DNA of 64,000 nucleotides from Octopus vulgaris (Eukaryota): positions 174,840,001 through 174,904,000 of the forward strand of contig OX597814.1 in assembly GCA_951406725.2 (NCBI GenBank). Reading direction: 5' to 3'. Of the stretch, positions 39,186 to 51,720 are shown piece after piece. Position 1 is the stretch's first letter, and every line of letters starts with the position of its first letter. The position numbers and the translations under genes were made by a program. The notes beneath the pieces are model-generated. The model was not told the origin of the DNA. It saw only the letters and a program-made list of their open reading frames with translations, and did not search any database.

Positions 39186-41528
39186 AATGATGGAAAGTGT
39201 TTTTCAAGTCTCTACCATAACTACTGTTAACTTGAGTATGCTTCATAAATCACTGGATTGCACAATGTTATGATGAGACATACAGTAGATCAATTAGAAT
39301 TTTTCTGCATGAAGAAAGATTAAATGATGGCACTGTTTGATGGTGAAGTGCACTGGATACTATTATTATCTGTACATTGTTGAGCCTATTCTATTCTTTG
39401 TTCATAGGCAGAATAGCAGTTTAAGTATCAGATGATTCATGTTAAAAAAAAACAAAACAAACACTGTGAGAAGACAGAGGGGTTACGCACCCTTGACCTT
39501 TTTCAAGCCCACTCAGACTGATGTAATTGATGTTTAGATTGAATTTCTGAAGTATGATGTCAGTAAGAAATAACTGATATAAGAAGGATATTCCAGTGAA
39601 TTGGAGTTGAGAGAAAATGGAATGGTGAAAAGTATTCTATGTGCAGTTGAGAGGATGAAATGCTGTTGAGATAAAACCACAGGGAGAGGCAGGTGTGTTT
39701 GGTAAGGATTGTATATAGTATGCTGGCGATCTAATGGTTGCAACATGCAAATATACCAATCAGCCAGTTGTCTTTTGTTTTCTTTGGGAGGTAGTGGATG
39801 GTACGGACTAAAATGTTTGACAGCTACATTGTTACAGATATATTTTATAAATGCTATGACACAATGTTTCTCTTACTGAAAAATAATTTTTGATTAAAAT
39901 GAAGTGCTCTATAAGTTCATATGGGTATAGTCATTAATTCAGTGCTGAGACCTAATCTTCCCATCAACAATTTCAGTGACATATTCCTAATATAGGATGT
40001 ACTTTCATTCTGTAGAGAGACAGTAACTGATCAAAACCAAAGTATTTTTTGGTATTAAAGAGAAATTTAGCTCTTAAAAAGTGGTTGTGCTAATGACCAA
40101 ACAAATATAACTGAAGCATTACAAGAGCAACTGACAACCACTGATTCTACAATGGTATCTACACTCCTGGAAAATCCTTATTCGGTAACCTAGGAGAGAT
40201 TTTTGAAGCCTCTGAATACTGCCCAGCTTTCTCAAAACATGAAGTAAGATACTAGGTACTGATAAAGAGAACATTCTGTTTTGTCTTTCAAACCATCAGA
40301 GTGTGAAAACATAATTGAAAACATTACCTGGATATAATGATTTATATGATAATACACTAAAAAGGTTTCTTGTTGAACTTCTCTAAGTCCATGCAAAGAT
40401 TTAAGTTCACTACTGAAAGCTATTAAAACACTAAAACCATTTCCTTTCAGATAGAACAATGAATTACACCACATCATGATGAACCTTAACTTGCTAGAAT
40501 TAGTAAACAAATATACTTAAGTGTGTTAAGTGATTTTCCAGATTGTGTTATAGATAGTAGATCAGTAAGTAATCCATTACTCTTTTTGTTTCAGCTAGTC
40601 ACAGCTCTCACTATTATCATACTCCAACATAAGATATAAAAGTTTTAATTGAAGGCTTAAAGCTGAAAACCCACTGTTTGAATTCAGAACTCAGTGAGAT
40701 ATAGAAATGTAAGAAATTTCAAAGTGAATTGAAAATACCAACATAGAGTGGATTTTTTTTTTTTTTTTGTCTGTTTAATTAAAATCCACCAAAGCAAAAG
40801 CACTTAAATATTTGCCTTAATTATGAGAAACTACATATTAGATTGTATAGAAAGTTCCATCTTATTTCAAGTCTCAACCTGTTGAAACCTGCTTTGCATA
40901 AAAACTATAAATATTGATGGCATTCAATAGTGCATGATCATTTCATGATGATTCCCTGTAGAGCATCAACCATATTTTAGTATGTCAATTTTCTGTATGA
41001 AAAACCTGTTTTGAAACCAAACAAAGAATATATTCAATACATTATGTTTTTACAAGTTTGATCACAATTCTAATGTGAGTGAAGCAGCCAAAAATGTTCT
41101 TAAGATCAAGATGCAGTGAATGAAAGAATTTGCAGAAGGCAATTTGAAATATTCAGATGTGGCAATTTCAATTTGCTTGATCAGGACATTTTTCTGTATT
41201 AAATAACAAAATACTACAGGCACCACTAACCAGGAATCTTATTACAGTGAGTTAGCTTTTTTCTGTATTTACTGTTAGCATTATGACTATTTTGTGTTGT
41301 GTCTAGGGAGAGTCATGCCAGTATTAGTATCATATGCACCAGTTCAGTTCCATTCCTTTATTTAGTCAACTAAATAAATCATTTGCTTTGACAAATATGC
41401 AAAAAAAAAAGCCATTGACCATTTAACCAAGTTAAACGATCGATTAGTTCATTTTTTTTTATATTCTTTTACATGTTTCAATCATTTGACTGTGGCTATG
41501 CTGGAGCACTACCTTGAAAAAATAAATC

Positions 41529-41601
41529 CATCCAATGTGGGGCTCAAACCTACAACCTCAAGATTAAGAGTCTCGTACTCTACCAACTGAGCTAGCCAGG
41601 C
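41529..41601 (-). pseudogene. tRNA-Lys(CTT) pseudogene
   Basis: Minus strand GCCTGGCTAGCTCAGTTGGTAGAGTACGAGACTCTTAATCTTGAGGTTGTAGGTTTGAGCCCCACATTGGATG matches the metazoan tRNA-Lys-CTT; B box GTTCGA changed to GTTTGA and stems broken; T-run downstream; no CCA. Confidence 0.88.
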
Positions 41602-42072
41602 TAGATATTTAACCAGTTGACTAACAATACAGGAATGGAATTGAACCAGTGCATGTGTTGTTAATATTAGTGTGATGACTCTCCCTAGACACAACAAAAT
41701 ATGTTTTACTTTACAAATTCGCATAATCTTGCAAACCAAATACAAAAATGAAGTAAAATTATGACCATTCATAATGATTTAAAGAAGCTAGGAAAGGTTT
41801 CAAAACTGAGACAATGGGTTCCTCATTTTTATCTTTCAGCAGAAAATCCTTGGCAAAGGCTTCACTGTTTGAAATTGCTCCATATGCATAACTTCCCAAC
41901 ACCATATCTGTACTATATTTATGAAGAAAATATTTTGAGTGGTTGGTGGGATATGGAAGGAATTATTCATTATGAGCTTTAAGAGCCAAATCAAACTGTC
42001 ACTTTTGAAGTCTACTGTCAGCAAATTCACTGTTTGCACACGACTTTGGATAAAAAAAACTTCTTGCCTTAA

Positions 42073-42292
42073 CCCTTTTGTTACCAACCCGGCTGAAACT
42101 GGCCCTGGCTCTGAGTACAAATGTCTTGCTTTCATAAGTTTTGAATTAAAATCTTCCACCAAACCTTAGTCATAATTTATGTTCCTAACACTAGCTTATT
42201 GATAACTAAGTTATTTCACTAAATTCTTTGTTATATTTAAAGTAATTGAAAGAAACAGAGAGCATCTCAAAATAAATACAGTAACAAAAGGG
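42073..42292. mobile_element. 220-bp piggyBac-type MITE nested in mariner
   Basis: TTAA / TTAT flanks; CCCTTTTGTTAC..GTAACAAAAGGG TIRs; same family as 23935-24154. Confidence 0.88.
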
Positions 42293-43006
42293 TTATAAAC
42301 TATTCTGGAGGATGGTTACTTTCATGAAGATAATACACATCTGCACAAGTCACGAAAAATCATTTTTGAAATCATTTAGATGGGGGGAAAAAAATTATAT
42401 ATACCTTCCATATTCTCAAAACCTTGCTCCAGCAGACTTACATTTATTTTGATATTTGCAACTCACAAAAATGCAGTCAGCAGAGAAGATATATATTTTA
42501 ATTCAAAATCCAAGGAATTTCTCAAATCAGATGTTGAAAAACTTACAAATGGACGGAGGCAAGTAATACAGAATGAAGAATTTATAAATATGGTTAAATT
42601 TACAATATCAAATATCACTGTTTGTACTTTTAAGTAAATACTAAAAATTGGACAGAATTGTCTAAACAATCTGGTAATTAACAGGTTAAAATAGAGAAAC
42701 TGTTGTCGATGGATCAATAAGAATAAGTTTTGTATTGCATATCTGAATTTGAAATAAATATTGGCACCTCCTAAAAATAGGCTATATTTTTTTCAAGAAG
42801 GTGAACTTGACAATATTTTTGTTAGGATACATTTATAAACACATTTTTGCATTTCATTACAGCAAGTTAAGTTGTTATGTTGGTTTTTTTTTTGTGTGTT
42901 ATTATGCCACTTTAAGCTACAAATTGTTTCGGACTATGAGCAATTATGTCAAAAGAACAAGCTGTTACAATATGCTCACTCTTTGTCTTGCTAGCTTATG
43001 ACATCT

Positions 43007-43008
<2 letters not shown>

Positions 43009-43086
<78 letters not shown>
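43009..43086. repeat. (TC)n microsatellite
   Basis: Seen directly. Confidence 0.98.
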
Positions 43087-43089
<3 letters not shown>

Positions 43090-43161
43090 TGCAGTTTCTG
43101 TGTTTTTCTCAAAAATTGAGAAAGTACGGGAGAGAAACCTATTTTTCAGATGTATTAACAA

Positions 43162-43530
43162 CTAGCAGTATCGTCTTGCATTGCTCGGGTTTGTTTCAAC
43201 CCTTTAGAATTGCATTATGTAGCTTGTTATTCTCTTTAAGTGAACATTTTTCTGGTTGAAATACACCGAAAAATGGCGACACAGCAGTCAAAAAATTATA
43301 AAAAATAGGGATATTCATAGAAAAAGAAGCACCTTTTTAATGTAAATAATTTTTGGTGTTAACATGGTCAGATTTGAATTTTTTTCTTCTACGGAAGGAA
43401 GAGCAAGCCTTCTTCTATCATACTCTCAATTTTGGTCAACTTGCACTGCCGGGTCTCGGAGGAGATAGTGTTAGTTGAAGGCTACCAAACCTGCCACACA
43501 CAGACAACTTCAGCTTTATATATAGGGAGA
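43162..43530 (-). mobile_element. Non-autonomous Helitron, family 1
   Basis: Highly similar to 6150-6539; CTAG|T 3' end and subterminal hairpin on the minus strand. Confidence 0.72.
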
Positions 43531-44137
43531 CTAAAATGAATATTCAGCATTAAACTTTCTCTTTCTCTCTGCCTCTCTCTCTTTTCGATTCCTTCAGAGA
43601 AATAGTTGGTGTCAGAGGCAGTATGAGATATGAAATACAATGGGAGTGTGTGATAGGTCATAGAGGAAGGGCTGGCAGAGTTTCAGTTACATATATATAT
43701 ATATATATAAATGAAAGAATGGAGTTGAACGACGATTTAACAAAATTCCTTTATTCTCGACATATGTGCACATGATCTCTGCCCTTGGCATGTAGCTTCA
43801 ACCGTGTTTTTCTGACGTGAATTTGCTACCCGGGTATTGGTTAACCGAATTATCCATACTAGGATAATTCATTCAACTACTTATATATATATATATATAT
43901 AAATTTGACATAGGCGATTCTTTCTTGTCTTGGGATTCACAGACAAATGGCTGGGTGGAATTGCGCAAAAAATTACACAGATGTGTAGAATGATCCAGTG
44001 GTGATGCTGGGCTTTGTATTTTTTCATAGCTCCCATGGTTCCCAAGATAATCCACTATAATAATACTCTTGTGTTTATGAATGAGAAAGAAAGAGGTGAT
44101 GCCATTTTTTTCATAGCTCCCATGGTTACCAAGATAA

Positions 44138-44573
44138 TCTACTATAATAATACTCTGGTGTTATGAATGAGAAAGGAAGGGTAATAAATGAATAAGGAAG
44201 GAAGGGATGATGTCATACTTGGTATTGGGATGATGAAAATTGTATGCTGAAAAAAATGATTCTAACACTGTTTCAACTCTGTATGAATATATGTGTGCGT
44301 ATGTAAAAGGGGTGGGTTTGGTGAATGTGTGTGCGCGTGCAATGGAAGTGGGATGGTTCATCTTTGTTTGCTTAGTATTTGGGTTTATTTTTTGATTTGG
44401 TTGAATCTTGGTTGTTTTTTTTTTTGTCAGTTATTTTTAGCATTTTGACAAAAATGTAATTCTAAAATTGTTTTTTAATGTAAGTGTGCCCAAACAAGTT
44501 GAATGCTTGCACAGAGCAGGCTTTACAGCCACATCATCCAAACTGACTGGGTGAAACCGGGCTTCACTGCTAG
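44138..44573 (+). mobile_element. Non-autonomous Helitron, family 2
   Basis: A|TCTACTATAATAAT 5' end; degenerate hairpin ctgggtgaaaccggg and CTAG|T 3' end; inverted truncated copy at 49967-50215. Confidence 0.7.
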
Positions 44574-45379
44574 TAGAGATATAATTGCGAAAGCTCCATA
44601 ATAATAAAGATATGTAATAGATTAATAAAATTGGGAATGAAACAAAAAGCCATTTTCAAAAGAATAATATCAGAATTGGTTCTCTATTTCTATTTTCTTC
44701 AACCAGACTCCAACCTGCATGTTCTTCAGAATAAAACTGATCCATTACCATCTAAGAATCAAAAGGGAATTTCACATACAAAAATGCAACTCCTTAAAAT
44801 ACTTTCTGAACAAACTTATGATTCCAGTGAAAGCATGAATGTAGAGTAGTTTGCGTGTTGGGCTCATGATCATGGGTTCAATTCTTGGATAGGTTAGTGT
44901 TTTTATCCATTGCTTATATCCACTTAGCTAAAAACTAGTACCAGTACTAGCAGTAGACATTAACCCCATAATGGAATAGCATCATGTTAAGCTGGAAGTC
45001 CATGTACCTAAATGCTATGGAAACTGGGACAAGCTTCAAAGAATGGTCTAATGGACTCAAAACAGACATAATTCCTAAGAACTTTGGACCCATTCTTCTT
45101 TGAATTTGTCCAAAAGTGGTTGAACCAAGCAAATATCTAAATCTTTGTTTTTTATCTTTTACTTGTTTCAGTCATTGCACTGCAGCCATGTCAAGGAAGT
45201 ATTTAGTTGAATAAATCAACTCCAGTACTTCTTTTAAGTCTAATACTTACTATCTCAATCTTGTTTGCAAAACTGCTGAGTTACAGGAATCTACACAAAC
45301 CAACACTGGTTGTCAAACAATGGTAAGGAACAAACAAAAGCACATACATACATACATATATATATATTTTTTTTTTTTA

Positions 45380-45627
45380 CGACCAGGCCATCAGATGTTG
45401 CTACACATCGCTGGTCACAATGCGCTTCGCATTGTTTTAGCTTTCAAATGACACCGCCCCACTGGCTAAGAGAGCAGGCCAACAGAAGGAAGAGTGAGAA
45501 AGTTGTGGTGAAAGAGTACAGCAGGGATCCCCACCACCCCCTGCTGGAGCCTCGTGGAGCTTTAGGTGTTTTTCTGGGAATCGAAACCATGAGTCTGCTG
45601 CTCTAACCACTGGGCCATCGCACCTCC
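45380..45627 (-). mobile_element. tRNA-derived SINE
   Basis: Minus strand TGGCCCAGTGGTTAG A box and TTCGATTCC B box; A-rich tail. Confidence 0.7.
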
Positions 45628-46442
45628 ACACACATATATATGTGTGTGCACACACATACAGAGGCCTCTACACAGTTTCCACTAACCAAATTAACTCAAG
45701 GCATTGGTCAACCTTGAGCTATAGTAGAAGATACTTAACCAAGATGCTGCACAGTGGGACTGAACCTGAAGCTACATAGTTGCAAAGCAAGCTTATTAAC
45801 CACATGGCCATATCTGCACCTACAAGAAAATATTCATTAAAAATTGGAAACAAAAAAAAATCAATTTTCAAAGGTAATATATCAGAAATCATTGAAAAAA
45901 TGGTTAATCAAAGTAAAAAGAATTTCTAGTGCATAGTATCATTTATTTTTCTCTTCTTTCACTCTGCTTGTCTTTCAAAACCAGAATAGAAGAGAAAAAA
46001 ATAAAAACTGAACAAATTTTCATTCAGCAAGTCCCTTTTTGTCCCTGCTAAATTGAATAATTTTTTAAAAATATTATTTAGGGAAACTTGCAAACATGCA
46101 AAGAAAAATATAATATACATCATTGTCATAGATTTTGTCATCATTTTTACATCCAGTTTTTCCATGTTGGCATGGGTTAGATGGGGCATTTTTGAGGCAG
46201 TTTTCTCTGAACTGATGTCCTTATTTTCAAAAGGGGTACTTTATTTCAGATTTTTAGATATCAACTGCGAAGTTTCAAGACCTTTTGTTTATGCAAGATA
46301 TAACATCCCCACAGTCCAAGTGGTATCATTTTGAAGGCATTTTGAACACACATACACATTTACAATGAGCTTCCTTACAGTTTGTATCCAAAAAACTTCA
46401 TTCATAGAGAACTGGTCATTCCAAAATTGTAGCAGAAGACAC

Positions 46443-46942
46443 TCTTTTACTTGTTTCAGTCAATTGACTGTAGCCATGCTGGAGCACCGCCTTTTGTCAA
46501 ACAAATCGACCCCAGGACTTATTCTTTGTAAACCTAGTACTTTTTCTATCGGTCTCTTTTGCCGAACCGCTAAGTTACAGGGACGTAAACATACCAGCAT
46601 TGGTTGTCAAGTGATATTGGGGGGACAAACACAGACACACAAACATATACACACACAAATATATATATATGTATATATAAGAGATAATGGTGTCATTGAG
46701 GACACTATAAATGCTCTAATATCTATACAGCCTTGGTTTTTTATCTCATTACACAAAAAATTATTATATATATATATACGACAGGCTTCTTTCAGTTTCA
46801 ATCTACCAAATCCACTCACAAGGCTTTGGTCGACCCGAGGCTATAGTAGAAGACACTTGCCCAAGGTGCCACACAGTGGGACTAAACCCGGAACCCTGTG
46901 GTTGGTAAGCAAGCTACTTACCACACAGCCACTCTTACGCCT
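46443..46942 (-). mobile_element. SINE family A, full length
   Basis: Reverse complement of the 62009-62430 type; accounts for the 212-aa ORF 46365..47003. Confidence 0.85.
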
Positions 46943-47465
46943 ATTCTATGCTTTTACAGTCATGTGTTCAAGATGCTTTGGAATTGACCCCAAAGCAACA
47001 TAATAGCAAAGTGAACATCTATACCATACACTTAGAACTGTGACTTACACTTGAGGAAAAACAAAAATTGTTTATATTTAGCTCCAGGTCATTTTGAGTG
47101 AGCAAATGTATGGCAGATACATTCCAGTTATGACTACTCTGTCTTTGTTTCAGACACTAAGAACTGTAAATGACATTATCCAATGTATCATTTTGTAAAT
47201 TTTAATTATTACAAGATTATAGGTACTGGCATAGTTAACCATAGGGTTACATTTGCTACCCATCCATGTGGTTTGGAGGTTGTTTCCACTGCATAACATT
47301 ATGAGTAGGTGTCTTCTACTATAGTCTTAGGCTGATCAACAATGAATTCTGAGTGGAAACTGAAATGTTATATGTTATACAATGCACACAAAAAGAAGAC
47401 GACACAGGAAGGACAGGTTTTAACAAATGTTGAGGTTAGTTTAAAACTTGAAAAGAAGGGAAAGA

Positions 47466-47503
47466 GTTTTGATGTTTCACACACTAGACGTTCATAAGAA
47501 AAC
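47466..47503 (-). ncRNA. Decayed minimal hammerhead motif
   Basis: Minus strand gtttt-CTTATGA-acgtctagtgtgt-GAAACATC-aaaac: stem I gtttt/aaaac intact; G5>T in the core; ACGT palindrome decayed to ACAT. Confidence 0.5.
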
Positions 47504-48891
47504 AATAAAAGAATGGGAAAATGTGGTTGGAAAAAATAGAGGTTATTTGTTCTGCGTGGTTGTAAGGATATAATTAGGTAAAGATCACACAAATAAAATG
47601 AGTAAAAGGAGGAGGCAAAGAAACAATACATACAGTAAGATAAGCAAAACGCATGACTGTAAAAGCATAGAATTATGAAGTGAAATAATGACATTGGAAG
47701 AATTTGTACAATGAAAATGAATATACCAATGAAAGAAACGGAGGACTCTAATATTTCAGATTGTACTCTTTATCAAAGGAGAGGAAAAGAAATGAGATTC
47801 AAGTAAAATAGAAATCTAGAAAATTAATGATACCAAATTTACGTCTGCTTACAAAGCAAAACTAGTGTAAAATAGAAGTTAGGGAGTGGGATAATGTGAC
47901 CAGAAATGGAAATTCAATTTGGACCACAGTGAAATTAAGAGAAAGAGAAAGAGAATAAGTAAGGAAAGAGGAAAGGGAGAAGAGTGAAAGCAGAAAGAAG
48001 TGTGTGCATATGTATAGTGAATTGTTAAATGTGCTATATTTTTATGTAGATATTAGATAGCATCAAATATGTGTCAAGGACCATATAGTTCATGTGTCTG
48101 GACTTGTAATAATAATTCTGGCAATATATATTAACCAGCTTATAATGTAAATATATACAGTTCAATTTGACAACTCCACTAGAATGGAGGAAAGCACTAA
48201 TATATGATATATGATGTATAAAAACATGTAATATACAAATAAATATCTGTAAATATAAAACCATCCGAATTTCTGAGTACCTCATTTCTTCTAATATAAA
48301 ATACCTGTACATCGTCTCCAAACCTTCTAATATATGTATACATATATGTGTGTATGTATATACACACAAATACTGAAGATATTAGTCCCAAATCAACTTT
48401 GATTGAACCGACCAATGATCAGAAGTATTCTATCTGTAACCATCTTATCTTTTATTTACACTGTGTATCGAAGACAACATTAAAAATGTCATTTGTTTTC
48501 TAAGATGTTATGGAGTAATTTGAGGGAGATTTGACTGCTGATTATACATCTCATCCATAAGCAATTTATACATCTCACGACAGGATAGCATTGAGTCCAT
48601 GAACAGTGACAAATTTGACAAGTTCTAATATACCTGAAATTTCTACAAGAATAGCATTACCAACCAACATCATCATCTTTGTTTTAGAGTCCGCTTTTCT
48701 GTGCTTGCATGGGTCTGATGGAATTTGTTGAGGCAGATTTACTATGGCCAGATGCCCTTCCTATCCCCAAAAGTCTCTAGTTTCCAAGCAAGGTGATAAT
48801 CCCTAACTGATTGAACAACAAACAGCCTGAAAACAAACAACACTGTCTGAATGAGCCTTTTGATTACAAAGATCATACAAAATGTCAAGAT

Positions 48892-49051
48892 AGGTGCAGG
48901 AGTGACTGTGTGGTAAGTAGCATGCTTACCAACCACATGGTTCTGGGTTCAGTCCCACTATGTGGCACCTTGGGCAAGTGTCTTCTATAGCCTCAGGCTA
49001 ACCAAAGTCTTGTGAGTGGATTTGGTAGACGGAAACTGAAAGAAGCCCGTC

Positions 49052-49081
<30 letters not shown>
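48892..49081 (+). mobile_element. SINE family A head and (TA)n
   Basis: High similarity to 10635-10820. Confidence 0.85.
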
Positions 49082-49085
<4 letters not shown>

Positions 49086-49747
49086 TACAAAATTAGAAAA
49101 TGGAGAAACATACCTAAATCAATAAAACATCAACTATCAGATGATACCCAATCAATACTTTATTACACCATTACATATCAGTAAAGGCATTATACAAAAT
49201 ATACAGTAAATGTAATAGACAAAGAGATATAAGTATAAAATTTCAAATATAATATGTAATTAAATCAAATCCGACAGCTGTTTCGGCAGCGAGGGCAGTC
49301 ATACCTCATTTAACCTATAAGCCATAAAGGCAGGTATAAATGAGGCATTAACAAGGATGCCCCACGGCCTCTTCAGAGAATTAAATTTGTTATAATTGTG
49401 AAAAAAATTATTTATCCATATACATATAAATATAAAAATGTAAAATATAAAAAACTTATGCATAAACTTCATAATGCTACACTTATATAATATAATACTC
49501 ATTGGTACAATAATGCAAGTGCAAACATAACTGTATCTATTATTATTATTATTATTATTATTAATATTAATAGTTATTATATTTGAAATTTTATACTTAT
49601 ATCTCTTTGTCTATTACATTTACTGTATATTTTGTATAATGCCTTTACTGATATGTAATGGTGTAATAAAGTATTGATTGGGTATCATCTGATAGTTGAT
49701 GTTTTATTGATTTAGGTATGTTTCTCCATTTTCTAATTTTGTAGTAT
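49082..49747. mobile_element. Fold-back element: 173-bp perfect inverted repeats enclosing a hammerhead (Penelope-like remnant)
   Basis: Arms 49082-49254 and 49575-49747 are exact reverse complements by manual comparison; embedded between (TA)n tracts. Confidence 0.8.
49263..49385 (-). ncRNA. Type I hammerhead ribozyme with minimal palindromic stem III and extended stem II
   Basis: Minus strand CUGAAGA (49376-49370), stem II GGC/GCC closing a ~90-nt hairpin (GGGGCA/UGCCCU; augccucauuua/uaaaugagguau), then GAAAC-AGCU-GUC; predicted cleavage between 49273 and 49272; imperfect stem I. Confidence 0.78.
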
Positions 49748-49907
49748 TAATTTACGGTAATATTATTACCTTTACCCATATAATACAATAGATGAACTGA
49801 TTGTTTGGCAATTTTTAACATCTATGTATTAGTCTTGTTGGGTACCTATCTAGCAGTATATTGGATATATGTTATCCCATGGTGGGTTGAATTTTCAACC
49901 CCTATCT

Positions 49908-49966
<59 letters not shown>

Positions 49967-49967
<1 letters not shown>

Positions 49968-50213
49968 TAGCAGTTAAACTCAGTTTCAACTAGTTGGTTG
50001 GATGATGTGGCTGTAAAACCTGCTTTGTGTAAGCTTTCGACTTGTTTGAGCACGCTTACATTAAAAAACAATTTAAGAATGACTTTTTCTGTCAAAACGC
50101 TAAAAATAACTGACCAAAAAAAAAAAACAACCACGATTCAACCAAATCAAAAAATAAACCCAAATATTAAGCAAACAAAGATGACCCATCCCACTTCCAT
50201 TGTGTACACACAT

Positions 50214-50215
<2 letters not shown>
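49967..50215 (-). mobile_element. Helitron family 2, 5'-truncated
   Basis: Reverse-complement similarity to ~44330-44573; CTAG at 49967-70. Confidence 0.7.
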
Positions 50216-50251
<36 letters not shown>

Positions 50252-50321
50252 CTTTGCAAGCAGAATTTAGTGTCTAATGAAAGAAAGGTATGCATAAGTG
50301 GGCATAGGCCATGGGTTATGG

Positions 50322-50903
50322 TCTCACTTGGCTTGCCGGGTTTTCTCAAGCACAGCATATTTCCAAATGTCTCAGTCACTAGTCATTGCCTCGGTGAGGC
50401 CTAGTGTTCAAAGGTCATGCTTCACCACCTCATCCCAGGTCTTCCTGGGTCTACCTCTTCCACAGGTTCCCTCAACAGCTAGGGTGTGGCACTTTTTCAC
50501 ACAGCTGTCCTCATCCATTCTCACCACATAACCATATCAGCACAGTTGTCTCTCTTGCTCACCACATTTGATGCTTCTTAGGTTCAACTTTTCTCTCAAG
50601 GTACTTACACTCTGTCGAGTATGCACACTGACATTGGAGCATACTGGCTTCATTCCTTGCAAGCTTACGCATGTCCTCAGCAGTCACAGCCCATGTTTCA
50701 CTGCCATGTAGCATGGCTGTTCATACACATGCATCATACAGTCTACCTTTTATTCTGAGTGAGAGGCCCTTTGTCACCAGCAGAGGTAAGAGCTCTCTGA
50801 ACTTTGCCCAGGCTATTCTTATTCTGGCAGCTACACTTTCAGTGCACCCACCCCCGCTACTGACTTGGTCACCTAGGTAATGGAAGCTATCAACTACTTC
50901 TAA
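50322..50903 (-). mobile_element. RTE-clade LINE 3' fragment
   Basis: Minus strand LEVVDSFHYLGDQVSSGGG..RIRIAWAKFRELLPLL..GRLYDACV..MLHGSETWA..GRPRKTWDEVVKHDL, with stops. Confidence 0.9.
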
Positions 50904-51629
50904 TTAATATATCAACTAAATAATCAAGAATATATGGAAGTTCTGTTAGGACCCAGTTTATAAAACTATTTCTACTCTTGACATAACCATGGTTGCAATA
51001 TTGATTCCTTTTAACATATATTTTTGGTTAATGTATGCAAGGATATGTTTATACACTAGTATGGACATGGGATGCAATTGGCACTTAATTCACTAAAACC
51101 ACAATGTGAGACAGGATAGACGTGGGATTCCTCTAATAAATTGATACCTGATTGAGTTAGATGGAGAGATGTATTGTAGAATTATTTTGGTATATGTGGT
51201 TGCACGGGGAAAACATCACAAAATGATAACAAGGATCTTGATGACGAGGAAAATGGGGATGATATGATGATGATAATGATGGTGATATCCATAATTAAAT
51301 TACATCACTATTTTCTAATTAATTTCGTTTTTGCATATGGTCACCAGACTCATAAAATATTATTCAAAAGACAATTCAAATTTTTCTTCTCAACATACAT
51401 CGATATTTAATTTCATAGAAAAAAACAATTAGATATCACAAGTTTATTCTTCATTGCTTATCCCACCTCCACCCATACACACATATACATACACTTTCCA
51501 TGGGATTGTCCCGTCTCATGTGCTAGGTCTCTTTATTTTTTTTTTCTTTCTCTTTGCTTGTACTATAAGTTATTTGAAATAGAAAATTTCAGGATCTTTT
51601 GTCTTTCTCTTTTATCGAATTTGATAAAC

Positions 51630-51720
51630 TGTGGAAACTATAACTTCCCGCTCTTTGACCTTTTTTCTGTTTTCCTTTGAGGGAGAAATCTGTTTGCATC
51701 ATATGCTCGATTTTATTTTG
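51630..51720 (+). promoter_or_regulatory. Probable ENTR1 promoter / non-coding first exon
   Basis: Relative CpG retention; acttcccgc motif next to a pyrimidine-rich ctcttt; possible gtaagc donor at 51720, upstream of the first coding exon. Confidence 0.3.

Larger units (their letters stand above)
40838..42674 (+). mobile_element. Old mariner element carrying nested insertions
   Basis: Degenerate ~30-bp TIRs (ttagattgtatagaaagttcc.. / ..ggacagaattgtctaaacaatctgg) flanked by TA; transposase remnants NERICRRQFEIFRCGNF, LKKLGKVSKLRQWVPH, WWDMEGIIHYEL and FNSKSKEF. Confidence 0.75.

Noticed and set aside
41529-41601. Functional tRNA-Lys gene
   Set aside because: B box and stems are mutated; reported as a pseudogene.
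46365-47003. 212-aa ORF, the longest in the track
   Set aside because: Antisense reading of a SINE family A copy.
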